A DNA stretch of 32,000 bases from assembly GCA_963675915.1 (NCBI GenBank), contig OY780959.1, positions 2,130,001 to 2,162,000 on the forward strand, in the 5' to 3' direction. The notes beneath the pieces are model-generated. The model did no database searches. It saw only the letters and a program-made list of their open reading frames with translations, and was not told the origin of the DNA. The stretch is from Coprobacillaceae bacterium (GTDB taxonomy: Bacteria; Bacillota_I; Bacilli_A; Erysipelotrichales; Coprobacillaceae). The position numbers and the translations under genes were made by a program. Position 1 is the first letter of the stretch. Each line of letters begins with the position of its first letter. Positions 16,187 to 24,154 of this stretch are shown piece after piece.

Positions 16187-17485
16187 ATGTTTTTTCAAAC
16201 AGAATTTGCAACAGTAGAAAATAATGTGCTTAACATCGATGGGGTTAGCGCCCTTGATTTGGTAAAAGAATACGGTACCCCACTGTACGTAATGTCGGTC
16301 GGACATATTCGTAAACAATTGGGTCACCTGAAATATGATTTTTTGGACAAATACGACAATGTACTGCCGTTGTTTGCCTCAAAATCATTCTCATGCAAAG
16401 CGATGTACAAATTGGCACAGGAATATGGAATCGGTCTGGACTGTGTTTCAGCAGGTGAGATCTCAATCGCTCTTGCCAGCGGATTCGATCCGGATAAAAT
16501 TTATTTCCACGGAAATAACAAATTGCCTCGTGAGATTGAATATGCTCTTGAAAACGGGGTAACTCATTTTGTGGTTGATAACTTCTATGAAATTGAAATC
16601 GGAAGTGAAATCGCCAACCGTCTAGGTAAAAAAATCTATGCTACAGTCAGAATCACACCGGGTGTATATGCCGGTGGCCATGACTTTATCCGAGTAGGTG
16701 CCAAAGATACGAAGTTTGGATTCTCGAATCATGACGGCTCTTATCTTACAGCAATCCGTCAGATTCTGGCATCACCTCATATGGAATTCGAAGGAATTCA
16801 TTTCCATATCGGATCTCAGATTGAAGATATCCAGGCTTACGAATTGGCGTTGGCTAAATTCGTGGACATCACCAAAGAAATCAAAGATAAAATCGGTGTT
16901 GAAGTCAAAAAATTGAACACTGGTGGAGGATATGGGATCGCCTATACCAAGGAAGACCATCCGGTTGACTTCGTTGAAATCACTGAGACAATCATGAATG
17001 TCCTTGCCCGTGAATTTGAAAAGATCAACATTCCAATGCCGATGGTTCTGATCGAACCAGGACGCTTTGTTGTCGGTAATGCCGGAATAACTTTATATAC
17101 GGTCGGATCAATCAAGGATATCCAGGGAATCAGAAAATATATTTCCGTTGATGGAGGGATGACTGACAATATCAGAGCTAGCCTTTACGGTGCCAAATAT
17201 GGTGCGGTTATCGCTAATCGTGCAGCAGAAGAACCGCTTGAAGAAGTCACTGTTGCCGGTAAAAACTGTGAATCAGGTGATATCCTGATCAAGGATATCT
17301 TGTTGGCATATCCAAAACCAGGGGATATCCTGGCTTGCTTCTCAACAGGAGCATATCACTACTCAATGTCATCCAACTACAATCAATTGCCTAAACCAGC
17401 AGTTGTATTCGTAGAAAATGGAGAATCAAAAGTAGTAGTTCGTCGCCAGAGTTTCGATGACCTTGTTACTTATGATGTTGACTAA
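16187..17485 (+). CDS. lysA: Diaminopimelate decarboxylase
   Basis: Fold-III PLP decarboxylase pattern: ASKSF (PLP Lys), HFHIGSQ, GGGYG, CESGD, GAY. Confidence 0.95.
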   Translation: MFFQTEFATVENNVLNIDGVSALDLVKEYGTPLYVMSVGHIRKQLGHLKYDFLDKYDNVLPLFASKSFSCKAMYKLAQEYGIGLDCVSAGEISIALASGFDPDKIYFHGNNKLPREIEYALENGVTHFVVDNFYEIEIGSEIANRLGKKIYATVRITPGVYAGGHDFIRVGAKDTKFGFSNHDGSYLTAIRQILASPHMEFEGIHFHIGSQIEDIQAYELALAKFVDITKEIKDKIGVEVKKLNTGGGYGIAYTKEDHPVDFVEITETIMNVLAREFEKINIPMPMVLIEPGRFVVGNAGITLYTVGSIKDIQGIRKYISVDGGMTDNIRASLYGAKYGAVIANRAAEEPLEEVTVAGKNCESGDILIKDILLAYPKPGDILACFSTGAYHYSMSSNYNQLPKPAVVFVENGESKVVVRRQSFDDLVTYDVD

Positions 17486-17500
17486 AAAATTTTGAAAATC

Positions 17501-17550
17501 AAACAAGCCCCGAAATGCAGAACCATTTTGCAATCAGGGCTTGTTTTTTA
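17501..17550. terminator. Bidirectional terminator between lysA and the alarmone synthetase gene
   Basis: AACAAGCCC (17502-10) pairs with GGGCTTGTT (17538-46), with some inner pairing. A-run and T-run flanks. The loop is rather large. Confidence 0.6.
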
Positions 17551-17552
17551 TA

Positions 17553-18233
17553 TTAAATTTTGTCGCTTAAAAGTTCGTTGTGAATTGATTCCATTTCGTC
17601 CTGCACTTCGGATATGATATCAGCACAGGTTTTCAGTCGATCTTTGATCGATTCAGAAACTTCAGTTTCGTTTTTGTATTTCAAATGATGTTCCAAACTG
17701 GCCCAAAAATCCATGGCTACGGTCCTGATTTGGATTTCAACTGGGACGTTTCGGGAACACTCGGCTAAGAAAACCGGAATTGAGACCACCAGGTGGATTG
17801 AGCGATAACCGTTTGGTTTAGGATGTTTGAGATAATCCTTAATTTCTAGTATTTCAATATCAGTCTGGTTTACCAGCAGCTTCAAAATACGGTAAATATC
17901 TTTTTCGTAATTGCAAATCACCCGAATACCGGCAATATCAAGCAAGTTTTCCTCAATCGATTTCAAATTGACTTCGACATTCTTCTTTTTGACTTTCTTG
18001 ACAATGCTTTGTGGTGATTTCAAGCGGTATTCCATATGGTGGATGGGATTGTAATCATATTTAACTGAAAACTCATCATCGAGAATTTCCAGTTTGGTCT
18101 GAACTTCTTTGAGCCCGGCAGCATAAACCTGCTCAAGAATCCGGTATTCACCAAAGACGTCAGCCAGTGATTCGGATAAGATAAACGAGTTGATGTCAGA
18201 ACGTATTTCTCGCTTCATAATTCTATTGGGCAT
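17553..18233 (-). CDS. relQ: Small alarmone synthetase (RelP/RelQ-type GTP pyrophosphokinase)
   Basis: DIAGIRVIC, GYRSIHLVV and EIQIRTVAMDFWASLEHHLKYK synthetase motifs. No hydrolase or TGS/ACT domains. Start re-set to ATG 18233 behind GAGGTG, giving 226 aa. Confidence 0.88.
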   Translation of the reverse strand: MPNRIMKREIRSDINSFILSESLADVFGEYRILEQVYAAGLKEVQTKLEILDDEFSVKYDYNPIHHMEYRLKSPQSIVKKVKKKNVEVNLKSIEENLLDIAGIRVICNYEKDIYRILKLLVNQTDIEILEIKDYLKHPKPNGYRSIHLVVSIPVFLAECSRNVPVEIQIRTVAMDFWASLEHHLKYKNETEVSESIKDRLKTCADIISEVQDEMESIHNELLSDKI

Positions 18234-18279
18234 ACATTTCACCTCATCCACCATTATACCAAATTTTTGGGTTAAGTGG

Positions 18280-18307
18280 TTACAAAGTGCTAAAAATATT
18301 ATATAAT
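18280..18307 (+). promoter_or_regulatory. Candidate ispD promoter
   Basis: TTACAA (18280-85), 16-nt spacer, TATAAT (18302-07). Confidence 0.45.
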
Positions 18308-18328
18308 GTTTAGGAGAGGTAAAAGTTG

Positions 18329-18982
18329 ATGAAGTATAGTGCTATTGTTTTATGTGCCGGTTCCGGAAAAAGAATGGAGCTAGGCTATAATAAGGTTCTC
18401 TATAAACTTGGCGATAAAACAGTCTATGAAAAAACAATGGAACTGTTCCTGGAAGATTCTCGATGTGAACAGATTATTGTCGTTACCAAGGCTGAAGAGC
18501 GTGGCCAGTTTGAAGAACTCATCAAGAGTGAAAGACTGATGTTTGTATCTGGCGGTCAGGAACGCCAGGACAGCGTACTAAACGGATTGTCACAAGTTTC
18601 CCAGGATCATGTCCTGATTCACGATGGAGCCCGCCCTTTTGTTCCTAAAAAGTGTATCGATGATATTCTGGCGATATTGACAACCAAAGATGCCTGTTTA
18701 CTGATGGTTCCTGTCAAGGACACCATCAAGGAGGTCAAGGATGGCAAGGTGGTTAAAACTATGGAACGAGCCAAACTTTACCAAGCCCAAACTCCCCAGG
18801 CTTTCAAAACCGAATTGATTAAAAAATGTTATCTGAAAGGAAAAGACGCAGCCTTTCAGGCAACTGATGATGCTTCTCTGGTAGAAGAGTTTTCCGATAG
18901 CGAAGTTCATGTCGTTAAAGGAAGTTATGAAAATATTAAATTAACAACGATCGAAGATATTAATTTGAAGCAAAAAATGTAG
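18329..18982 (+). CDS. ispD: 2-C-methyl-D-erythritol 4-phosphate cytidylyltransferase family (IspD/TarI)
   Basis: N-terminal AIVLCAGSGKRM nucleotide-binding loop, HDGARPF, QTPQAF. ATG 18329 preferred over TTG 18326. No ispF adjacent. Confidence 0.8.
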   Translation: MKYSAIVLCAGSGKRMELGYNKVLYKLGDKTVYEKTMELFLEDSRCEQIIVVTKAEERGQFEELIKSERLMFVSGGQERQDSVLNGLSQVSQDHVLIHDGARPFVPKKCIDDILAILTTKDACLLMVPVKDTIKEVKDGKVVKTMERAKLYQAQTPQAFKTELIKKCYLKGKDAAFQATDDASLVEEFSDSEVHVVKGSYENIKLTTIEDINLKQKM

Positions 18983-18990
18983 ATTTATAC

Positions 18991-19019
18991 TTGATTTTCG
19001 GGTTCTTTTATGATATGTT
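18991..19019 (+). promoter_or_regulatory. Promoter of rpsF-ssb-rpsR
   Basis: TTGATT (18991-96), 17-nt spacer ending in TGa, TATGTT (19014-19). Confidence 0.55.
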
Positions 19020-19091
19020 ATTTAAGCATGTAATTTAGTTTACAGCCTGTCTATTGAAAAAATAGACCAATAGTCCATAGGAGGTATAGAA

Positions 19092-19373
19092 ATGAACAAA
19101 TATGAAATCATGTTTATCGTTAAACCTAACGTTGAAGAAGACGCTAGAAATGCTTTAGTTGATCAATTCAAAAAAGTATTAGAAGTTAACGGTGGAACAA
19201 TCGACAATGTTGATGAATGGGGATTACGTGATTTAGCTTATGAAATCCAAGATTTCAAAAAAGGTTACTATGTAGTATTAGACGTAACTTGTCCAGCTGA
19301 TAACGTAAAAGAATTTGACCGTTTATCATTAATCAACGCTTCAATGATGCGTCATTTAATTCTTCGTAAATAA
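19092..19373 (+). CDS. rpsF: 30S ribosomal protein S6
   Basis: [12 protein letters not shown]...[11 protein letters not shown], the canonical S6 sequence. AGGAGG RBS. Confidence 0.97.
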   Translation: MNKYEIMFIVKPNVEEDARNALVDQFKKVLEVNGGTIDNVDEWGLRDLAYEIQDFKKGYYVVLDVTCPADNVKEFDRLSLINASMMRHLILRK

Positions 19374-19387
19374 TAAGGAGAAATCAA

Positions 19388-19906
19388 ATGATAAATAATG
19401 TAGTTTTAGTTGGAAGAATGACAAGAGATCCAGAATTAAGAAGAACTGGAAATGGAACACCGGTGACAAGCTTCACCCTCGCAGTAAACCGTACTTTCAA
19501 AAGTGAAAATGGTCCGGATGCCGATTTTATAAACTGTGTAGTTTGGAATAAGCAAGCGGAAAATACTGAACGCTATTGTTCAAAAGGATCACTGGTTGGA
19601 GTTACAGGAAGACTTCAAACTCGTTCTTATGACAACAATCAAGGTCAAAGAGTTTACGTGACTGAGGTGGTTTGCGACTCGGTTCAATTTTTAGAAACTA
19701 GAAATTCTAGTGGTCAACGTGCCACTGGAGGTATGGGAGCAGGTTATAACCAAGGTTATGGTCAGCAACCACAGCAACCTTCTTACAATCAAGCTACAGC
19801 ACAACCTGAAAATAATCAGTATAATATGAAAACTGTTCAACTTGAGCAGGATTTCGATAATACAGATGATATCTATGATATCATGCAAGACGATATTGAG
19901 TTTTAA
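19388..19906 (+). CDS. ssb: Single-stranded DNA-binding protein
   Basis: [20 protein letters not shown]-fold N-terminus, Gly/Gln-rich linker, acidic tail DDIEF. Confidence 0.96.
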   Translation: MINNVVLVGRMTRDPELRRTGNGTPVTSFTLAVNRTFKSENGPDADFINCVVWNKQAENTERYCSKGSLVGVTGRLQTRSYDNNQGQRVYVTEVVCDSVQFLETRNSSGQRATGGMGAGYNQGYGQQPQQPSYNQATAQPENNQYNMKTVQLEQDFDNTDDIYDIMQDDIEF

Positions 19907-19924
19907 CGAAAGGAGATTCACTTA

Positions 19925-20155
19925 ATGGCTTTCAGAAGACCAAATAGAGGTAGAAGAAAAGTTTGCTACTTCACTAAAAACAAAATCACTTACATCGATT
20001 ACAAAGATGTTGAATTATTAAAAAGATTCGTATCAGCTAACGGGAAAATCATTCCTAGACGTGTAACTGGAACTTCAGCTAAATATCAAAGACAATTAGC
20101 TGCAGCTATCAAACGCGCTCGTCAAATGGCTTTATTACCATACGTTGGTGAATAA
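19925..20155 (+). CDS. rpsR: 30S ribosomal protein S18
   Basis: RRKVCYFT...[12 protein letters not shown]...[20 protein letters not shown] pattern. Confidence 0.97.
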   Translation: MAFRRPNRGRRKVCYFTKNKITYIDYKDVELLKRFVSANGKIIPRRVTGTSAKYQRQLAAAIKRARQMALLPYVGE

Positions 20156-20165
20156 GATTTAAATT

Positions 20166-20197
20166 AACAAGAGAGGATATCTCTTGTTTTTTTTTAG
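20166..20197 (+). terminator. Terminator of the rpsF operon
   Basis: AACAAGAGA (20166-74), loop GGATA, TCTCTTGTT (20180-88), then T9. Confidence 0.85.
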
Positions 20198-20212
20198 CTT
20201 AGTAACCCCATT

Positions 20213-20246
20213 AAAAAAACCGAAATCTCAAGGGATTCCGGTTTTT
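20213..20246 (-). terminator. Terminator of the HAD hydrolase gene
   Basis: AAACCGAAATC (20217-27) pairs with GATTCCGGTTT (20234-44) with one bulge. T7 follows on the minus strand. Confidence 0.7.
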
Positions 20247-20254
20247 GCTTTCTT

Positions 20255-21106
20255 CTATATCAGATTATGTTCTCTCATTGATTTTGCAATACCGTCTTGG
20301 GCAATGTCATCGCAGACTTCATCAGCAATTTCTTTGAGCTTTTCTTTGGCATTGCCAACAGCGATTCCATGGCGGCAATATTCAAGCATATCAGTGTCAT
20401 TTAGTCCGTCACCATATGCAAAGGTGTTTTCCTGTTTCAAACCAAGATGAGAAATTACTGATTCGATTGCACTTGATTTTGAAACACCAACTACGGAAAG
20501 TTCCCCGCTGTCATCACCAAACTTAGGTACGGTACAATGAATAACATTGAAATCATGGGCAAACTGGTCAACGATTTTCGCAAATGGAACATCGGTATTC
20601 TCCAGGAAGCAGATCTTGTTGACATCACTACGGTACATGTCATGGCCGCTTTTCATTGATTCAATGAAGTGGCTGGGATGCTCTTCTTTACGGCGTCTGG
20701 CTTCAGGATCGTTTTGAAGATCACCATATGAGATTGTTTCTAGCCGTTCAATTAGATTGGTGCTGGCAAAAAGTCCGCCGTTGCTTTCAAGGTAATAGTC
20801 ATATTTGTGCTCTTCGAAAAAATCAACCACATTAGTGACGCTCTGGTCGCTCACTTTTTTGTGGAACAGCATTTCATTTCCGATCATTGCAAATCCACCA
20901 CCGGCACCAATTATTCCATCAAAGCCGACCTCAAGAATGTGGGGATAGATTTCAGCCAGACTGCGACCAGTGCACAAGAAGCAGTAATTCCCCTTCTTGC
21001 GGGTTTCCCTGATAGCTGCAACTGTTGATTCCGGAATGTATTCTCGTGACGGTCTCACATCCACAAGGGTACCGTCGACATCAAAAAATATAATTTTCTT
21101 TTCCAT
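20255..21106 (-). CDS. Cof-type HAD-IIB family phosphatase
   Basis: FFDVDGTL motif I and GDGLNDTDML motif IV; KSSAI. Start re-set to ATG 21106 behind AAGGAG, giving 283 aa. Confidence 0.88.
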   Translation of the reverse strand: MEKKIIFFDVDGTLVDVRPSREYIPESTVAAIRETRKKGNYCFLCTGRSLAEIYPHILEVGFDGIIGAGGGFAMIGNEMLFHKKVSDQSVTNVVDFFEEHKYDYYLESNGGLFASTNLIERLETISYGDLQNDPEARRRKEEHPSHFIESMKSGHDMYRSDVNKICFLENTDVPFAKIVDQFAHDFNVIHCTVPKFGDDSGELSVVGVSKSSAIESVISHLGLKQENTFAYGDGLNDTDMLEYCRHGIAVGNAKEKLKEIADEVCDDIAQDGIAKSMREHNLI

Positions 21107-21245
21107 ATAGCTCCTTATCATATCAATTGTATAAATTTTTCTTATAGTTATTTATAACATTAAGCAGGCGGCGTGACTGTCATCCAACATCTTAGAGAGG
21201 GTCAATCATAAAAAAAGCCACCTATAATCAAGTAAAACTATGACT

Positions 21246-21274
21246 ATTATAGGGGGTGAATGAGCGAAAGTCAA
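21246..21274 (-). promoter_or_regulatory. Consensus sigma-A promoter upstream of the HAD gene
   Basis: Minus strand: TTGACT (21269-74), exactly 17 nt, TATAAT (21246-51). Confidence 0.6.
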
Positions 21275-21293
21275 ATATCCATCAGAATATGAA

Positions 21294-21326
21294 AATAAAA
21301 AAAGAACATCAGAGGTGATGTTCTTT
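21294..21326 (-). terminator. Terminator of the SulP gene
   Basis: AAAGAACATC (21301-10) pairs with GATGTTCTTT (21317-26). A T-run follows on the minus strand (A-run 21294-21303 on plus). Confidence 0.85.
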
Positions 21327-21337
21327 GATCCAGCTTA

Positions 21338-22975
21338 TTATAGTGAAGCCCCAACCATCCGGTCATATCTGATAATAGCGTCAGCAGCGTCCCAGCAAAT
21401 GCGTTCTTCACTGATTTTTCCCAAGAAACTATGGCGCTCAAGTTCAATGAGTACCTTTTGCGACATTCCGGAAAAATAAACGTTGATATTCTTGGCCGTC
21501 AGATTGGTGAAGATTTCTTCAAGCTCTTTGACCCCATTGTCATCGATTGATGCAACTCCGCGCATTGAGAGGATCAAGGCATCGGTATGGTCGTCAATCG
21601 ACTCAATTGCTTTGGTTATTTGGGATTGATTCCCGAAAAAGATTGTACCTGAGAGATACATTACTTTTGTTTTTTCGTGATGATGATTAAGACCGTCGAT
21701 ACGGTTGACATCCACATCACGAACATCAATGTGGAGTTTGGTATTGTTGAATGCGAACATGATGATTGAAATCATCACTCCGGCAAAAATTGCAACTGTA
21801 AGATCGAAGACTACCGTTGAGATCATTGTAACGGCAAACTGGATTATCGGAGTTTTGATTTTTTTGTCAAACATTTCCTTGATTGCATCCCACTCATTCA
21901 TTCGCCAAGAAGTGACAATTAGGACCCCGGCAAGAGAGGCAAGCGGGATCTGGGCGATGAACTGTCCCAGAACTAGCATCGACATCAGCAAAAGCAATGA
22001 ATGGAATACCGATGTCAGACGGGTAATCCCCCCGGATTTGATAGCAACACTTGTTCTCGCTATCGCTGCAGTAGCCGGGATTCCACCGAAAAATGGAATG
22101 ATGATATTTCCAATACCCTGAGCGATCAATTCCCTTGAGCCATTGAAGCCTTCATTCTTCATCTTGGATGCTGTTGCTCCGCACAATAGTGATTCAGTCA
22201 TATTCAAAATGGCGATTGAAATACCGGGAATCATCAACTCTCCAATTATATCCGGACTTAAATCCGAAAAAGAAAGATGCGATTGTAACAGTAATGATTT
22301 TGGAATAGCACCTACTGTGGCGATATCAAATTTAAAAATTATGTTTAAGATCATTGAAATGATAATCACAACCAGGCTACCCGGCAAAAGGTTGTTGATT
22401 TTTTTGGGATAAAAAGCCAAAAACATCACTGTTGCGAGTCCGATTATCATGGTGACGGTTTCCGGATGGAAACCATTAGAAAAATATGATCCGAATTTGG
22501 CGATGATTCCTTCTCCAGAGGAACTAACTCCAAAGAAATTGTCAATCTGTCCCATTGCGATTACAATCGCAATTCCTGAAGTGAACCCGGTGATGACAGC
22601 AGCAGGAATGAAAGTGACCAAGCGACCCAGTTTCAAGGCGCCACTGATAATTAGAATCACTCCGGAAATCAATGCACCGATAAAGATCCCCTCAATACCA
22701 TATTTGGCGGCAAGACCCATCAGGATCGCTGCCATGGCCCCGGTCGGACCGGAAATCTGAAAACTTCCTCCACTGAAAATTGCAATAATAACCCCAGCCA
22801 GCACCCCGGTTACCAGACCGGCAGAAGCTGTTGCCCCGGCACTTGTACCAAATGCGAGTGCCAGTGGCAATGCGACAGCCCCGACTGTCAAACCAGCTAG
22901 AATATCCTTGATCAGGCGTGGGGCGTTATAACCTGAAAATTCCCTCTTTAAATCAATAAAATAATCCTTAATCAT
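21338..22975 (-). CDS. SulP-family anion transporter with C-terminal STAS domain
   Basis: Gly/Ala-rich polytopic core typical of SulP, plus a C-terminal STAS-like region (...ILSMRGVASIDDNGVKELEEI...). Start re-set to ATG 22975 behind GGGAGGA, giving 545 aa. Confidence 0.88.
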   Translation of the reverse strand: MIKDYFIDLKREFSGYNAPRLIKDILAGLTVGAVALPLALAFGTSAGATASAGLVTGVLAGVIIAIFSGGSFQISGPTGAMAAILMGLAAKYGIEGIFIGALISGVILIISGALKLGRLVTFIPAAVITGFTSGIAIVIAMGQIDNFFGVSSSGEGIIAKFGSYFSNGFHPETVTMIIGLATVMFLAFYPKKINNLLPGSLVVIIISMILNIIFKFDIATVGAIPKSLLLQSHLSFSDLSPDIIGELMIPGISIAILNMTESLLCGATASKMKNEGFNGSRELIAQGIGNIIIPFFGGIPATAAIARTSVAIKSGGITRLTSVFHSLLLLMSMLVLGQFIAQIPLASLAGVLIVTSWRMNEWDAIKEMFDKKIKTPIIQFAVTMISTVVFDLTVAIFAGVMISIIMFAFNNTKLHIDVRDVDVNRIDGLNHHHEKTKVMYLSGTIFFGNQSQITKAIESIDDHTDALILSMRGVASIDDNGVKELEEIFTNLTAKNINVYFSGMSQKVLIELERHSFLGKISEERICWDAADAIIRYDRMVGASL

Positions 22976-23000
22976 ATATAGTTCCTCCCAAATAAAACAT

Positions 23001-23029
23001 ATAATAGTACAATTTCGTGCCCATGACAA
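23001..23029 (-). promoter_or_regulatory. Promoter of the SulP gene
   Basis: Minus strand: TTGTCA (23024-29), 17 nt, TATTAT (23001-06). Confidence 0.55.
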
Positions 23030-23085
23030 TGTTTTTTGGTAAAAACTTTAATGATATTTAAAAATGTGTGGAATAAGTGCAAATA

Positions 23086-23114
23086 AAAACACGTTTTGAA
23101 GTAAAACGTGTTTT
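23086..23114 (-). terminator. Terminator of the ZIP transporter gene
   Basis: AAAACACGTTTT (23086-97), loop GAAGT, AAAACGTGTTTT (23103-14). A T-run follows on the minus strand. Confidence 0.75.
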
Positions 23115-23938
23115 TAGCCTAAGGCTACATCTAAAATCATCATGATTGTAAATCCGATCATCGCCCCGATGGTAGTGATATCCGTGTCAGCAGTTCCGTT
23201 TTCTCCAGGACGTTGTGCTTCAGGAATAAGCTCTTCAACCACAACATAAATCATGGCACCGGCAGCGAATGCCAATGAGAACGGCAGAATAAATGTTATT
23301 TGGGAAACAAGAATTGCTCCGACAACTCCGGCAAGCGGTTCAACGATTCCGGAAGCTTGGCCATATCCGAACGATTTAAGTCTGCTGAAACCCTCTTTGC
23401 GAAGCGGGATTGAGACAGCAGCGCCCTCGGGGAAATTTTGAAGTCCGATTCCGACGGCCAGGGCCACTGCAGCAAGCAAGGTGGTCGCCGTTGGATTATT
23501 GGAAATCGCTCCAAAAGCAACCCCTACTGCGAACCCTTCGGGGATATTATGCAAAGTGATTGCTAAAATCAACAAGATCGGCCGTTTCAGGTCGGTTTTT
23601 ATACCCTCGGCAAGTTCCACCTCAAGACCTAAATGAAGATGCGGGATGATGTTGTCGATAAAAAGCAGGAATATCCCACCGCTGACAAATCCGGCAGCAA
23701 TTACCAACCAAGGAAGTTGTCCGATTGTTTCAGCCAGATCAAGACCCGGAGCAATCAACGAAAAGAAACTGGCGGCAATCATGATCCCCGCTGCAAACCC
23801 CAGCATGGCATTGAGAATTCGCTTGTCAATCGTTTTAAAGAAGAAAACCATTCCAGCGCCCATAGCTGTCAAAGTATATGTAAATAGTGTTCCCATAAGT
23901 GCAAGTATTACGGGGTTAAGTGATAACAGATAGTCCAT
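23114..23938 (-). CDS. ZIP-family divalent metal (zinc) transporter, ZupT/GufA-like
   Basis: HNIPEGFAVG and QNFPEGAAV signature helices; 274 aa; about 8 TM. Confidence 0.88.
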   Translation of the reverse strand: MDYLLSLNPVILALMGTLFTYTLTAMGAGMVFFFKTIDKRILNAMLGFAAGIMIAASFFSLIAPGLDLAETIGQLPWLVIAAGFVSGGIFLLFIDNIIPHLHLGLEVELAEGIKTDLKRPILLILAITLHNIPEGFAVGVAFGAISNNPTATTLLAAVALAVGIGLQNFPEGAAVSIPLRKEGFSRLKSFGYGQASGIVEPLAGVVGAILVSQITFILPFSLAFAAGAMIYVVVEELIPEAQRPGENGTADTDITTIGAMIGFTIMMILDVALG

Positions 23939-23978
23939 CCTTAATTCCTCCTTATAGTAACAACGTTAAGATAATATA

Positions 23979-24020
23979 GGACAAAAGTCAAATATAATGA
24001 CTAATAAATTACTTTTGTCC
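23979..24020. promoter_or_regulatory. 10-bp inverted repeat in the ZIP/GH36 divergent intergenic region (candidate operator)
   Basis: GGACAAAAGT (23979-88), N22, ACTTTTGTCC (24011-20). On the minus strand, the complement of the 23979-88 arm overlaps a TTGACT -35-like hexamer facing the ZIP gene. Confidence 0.35.
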
Positions 24021-24154
24021 CACTAAGTAATTTCAAATTGGAGTATCTTGGGGATACTGATTTTGATTGGATGGAATTTAGTCTGATAATGTGATAATAT
24101 AGTATAAATGATTTATTGCATAAAACTAAACTATTTGGCCAGAAGGAGCATAAT

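Noticed and set aside
17553-18233. Small alarmone synthetase as a possible toxSAS toxin-antitoxin module
   Set aside because: The gene is monocistronic between a bidirectional terminator and a divergent promoter, with no small neighbouring antitoxin ORF. Its sequence closely follows housekeeping RelP/RelQ motifs.
20184-20450. 88-aa plus-strand ORF after rpsR
   Set aside because: It starts inside the rpsR terminator T-run, runs through the HAD terminator and is antisense to the HAD gene 3-prime end. No RBS.
21205-21262. Apparent hairpin (CCTATAAT / ATTATAGG) with an adjacent A/T-run, looking like a second terminator between SulP and the HAD gene
   Set aside because: The upstream arm (ATTATAGG on the plus strand, 21246-21253) contains the -10 TATAAT of the consensus minus-strand promoter, so it lies upstream of the predicted TSS and would not be in the RNA. 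The stem is also AT-rich with a 20-nt loop.
21705-22760. Three plus-strand ORFs (138, 89 and 103 aa) inside the SulP gene
   Set aside because: Antisense shadows of a Gly/Ala/Ile-rich membrane gene. No RBS and no motifs.
23253-23933. ORFs 23253-23441, 23633-23887 and 23646-23933 (plus strand) and 23296-23520 (minus strand, alternative frame) within the ZIP gene
   Set aside because: They overlap a confidently identified ZIP transporter in other frames or strands and have no independent start signals.
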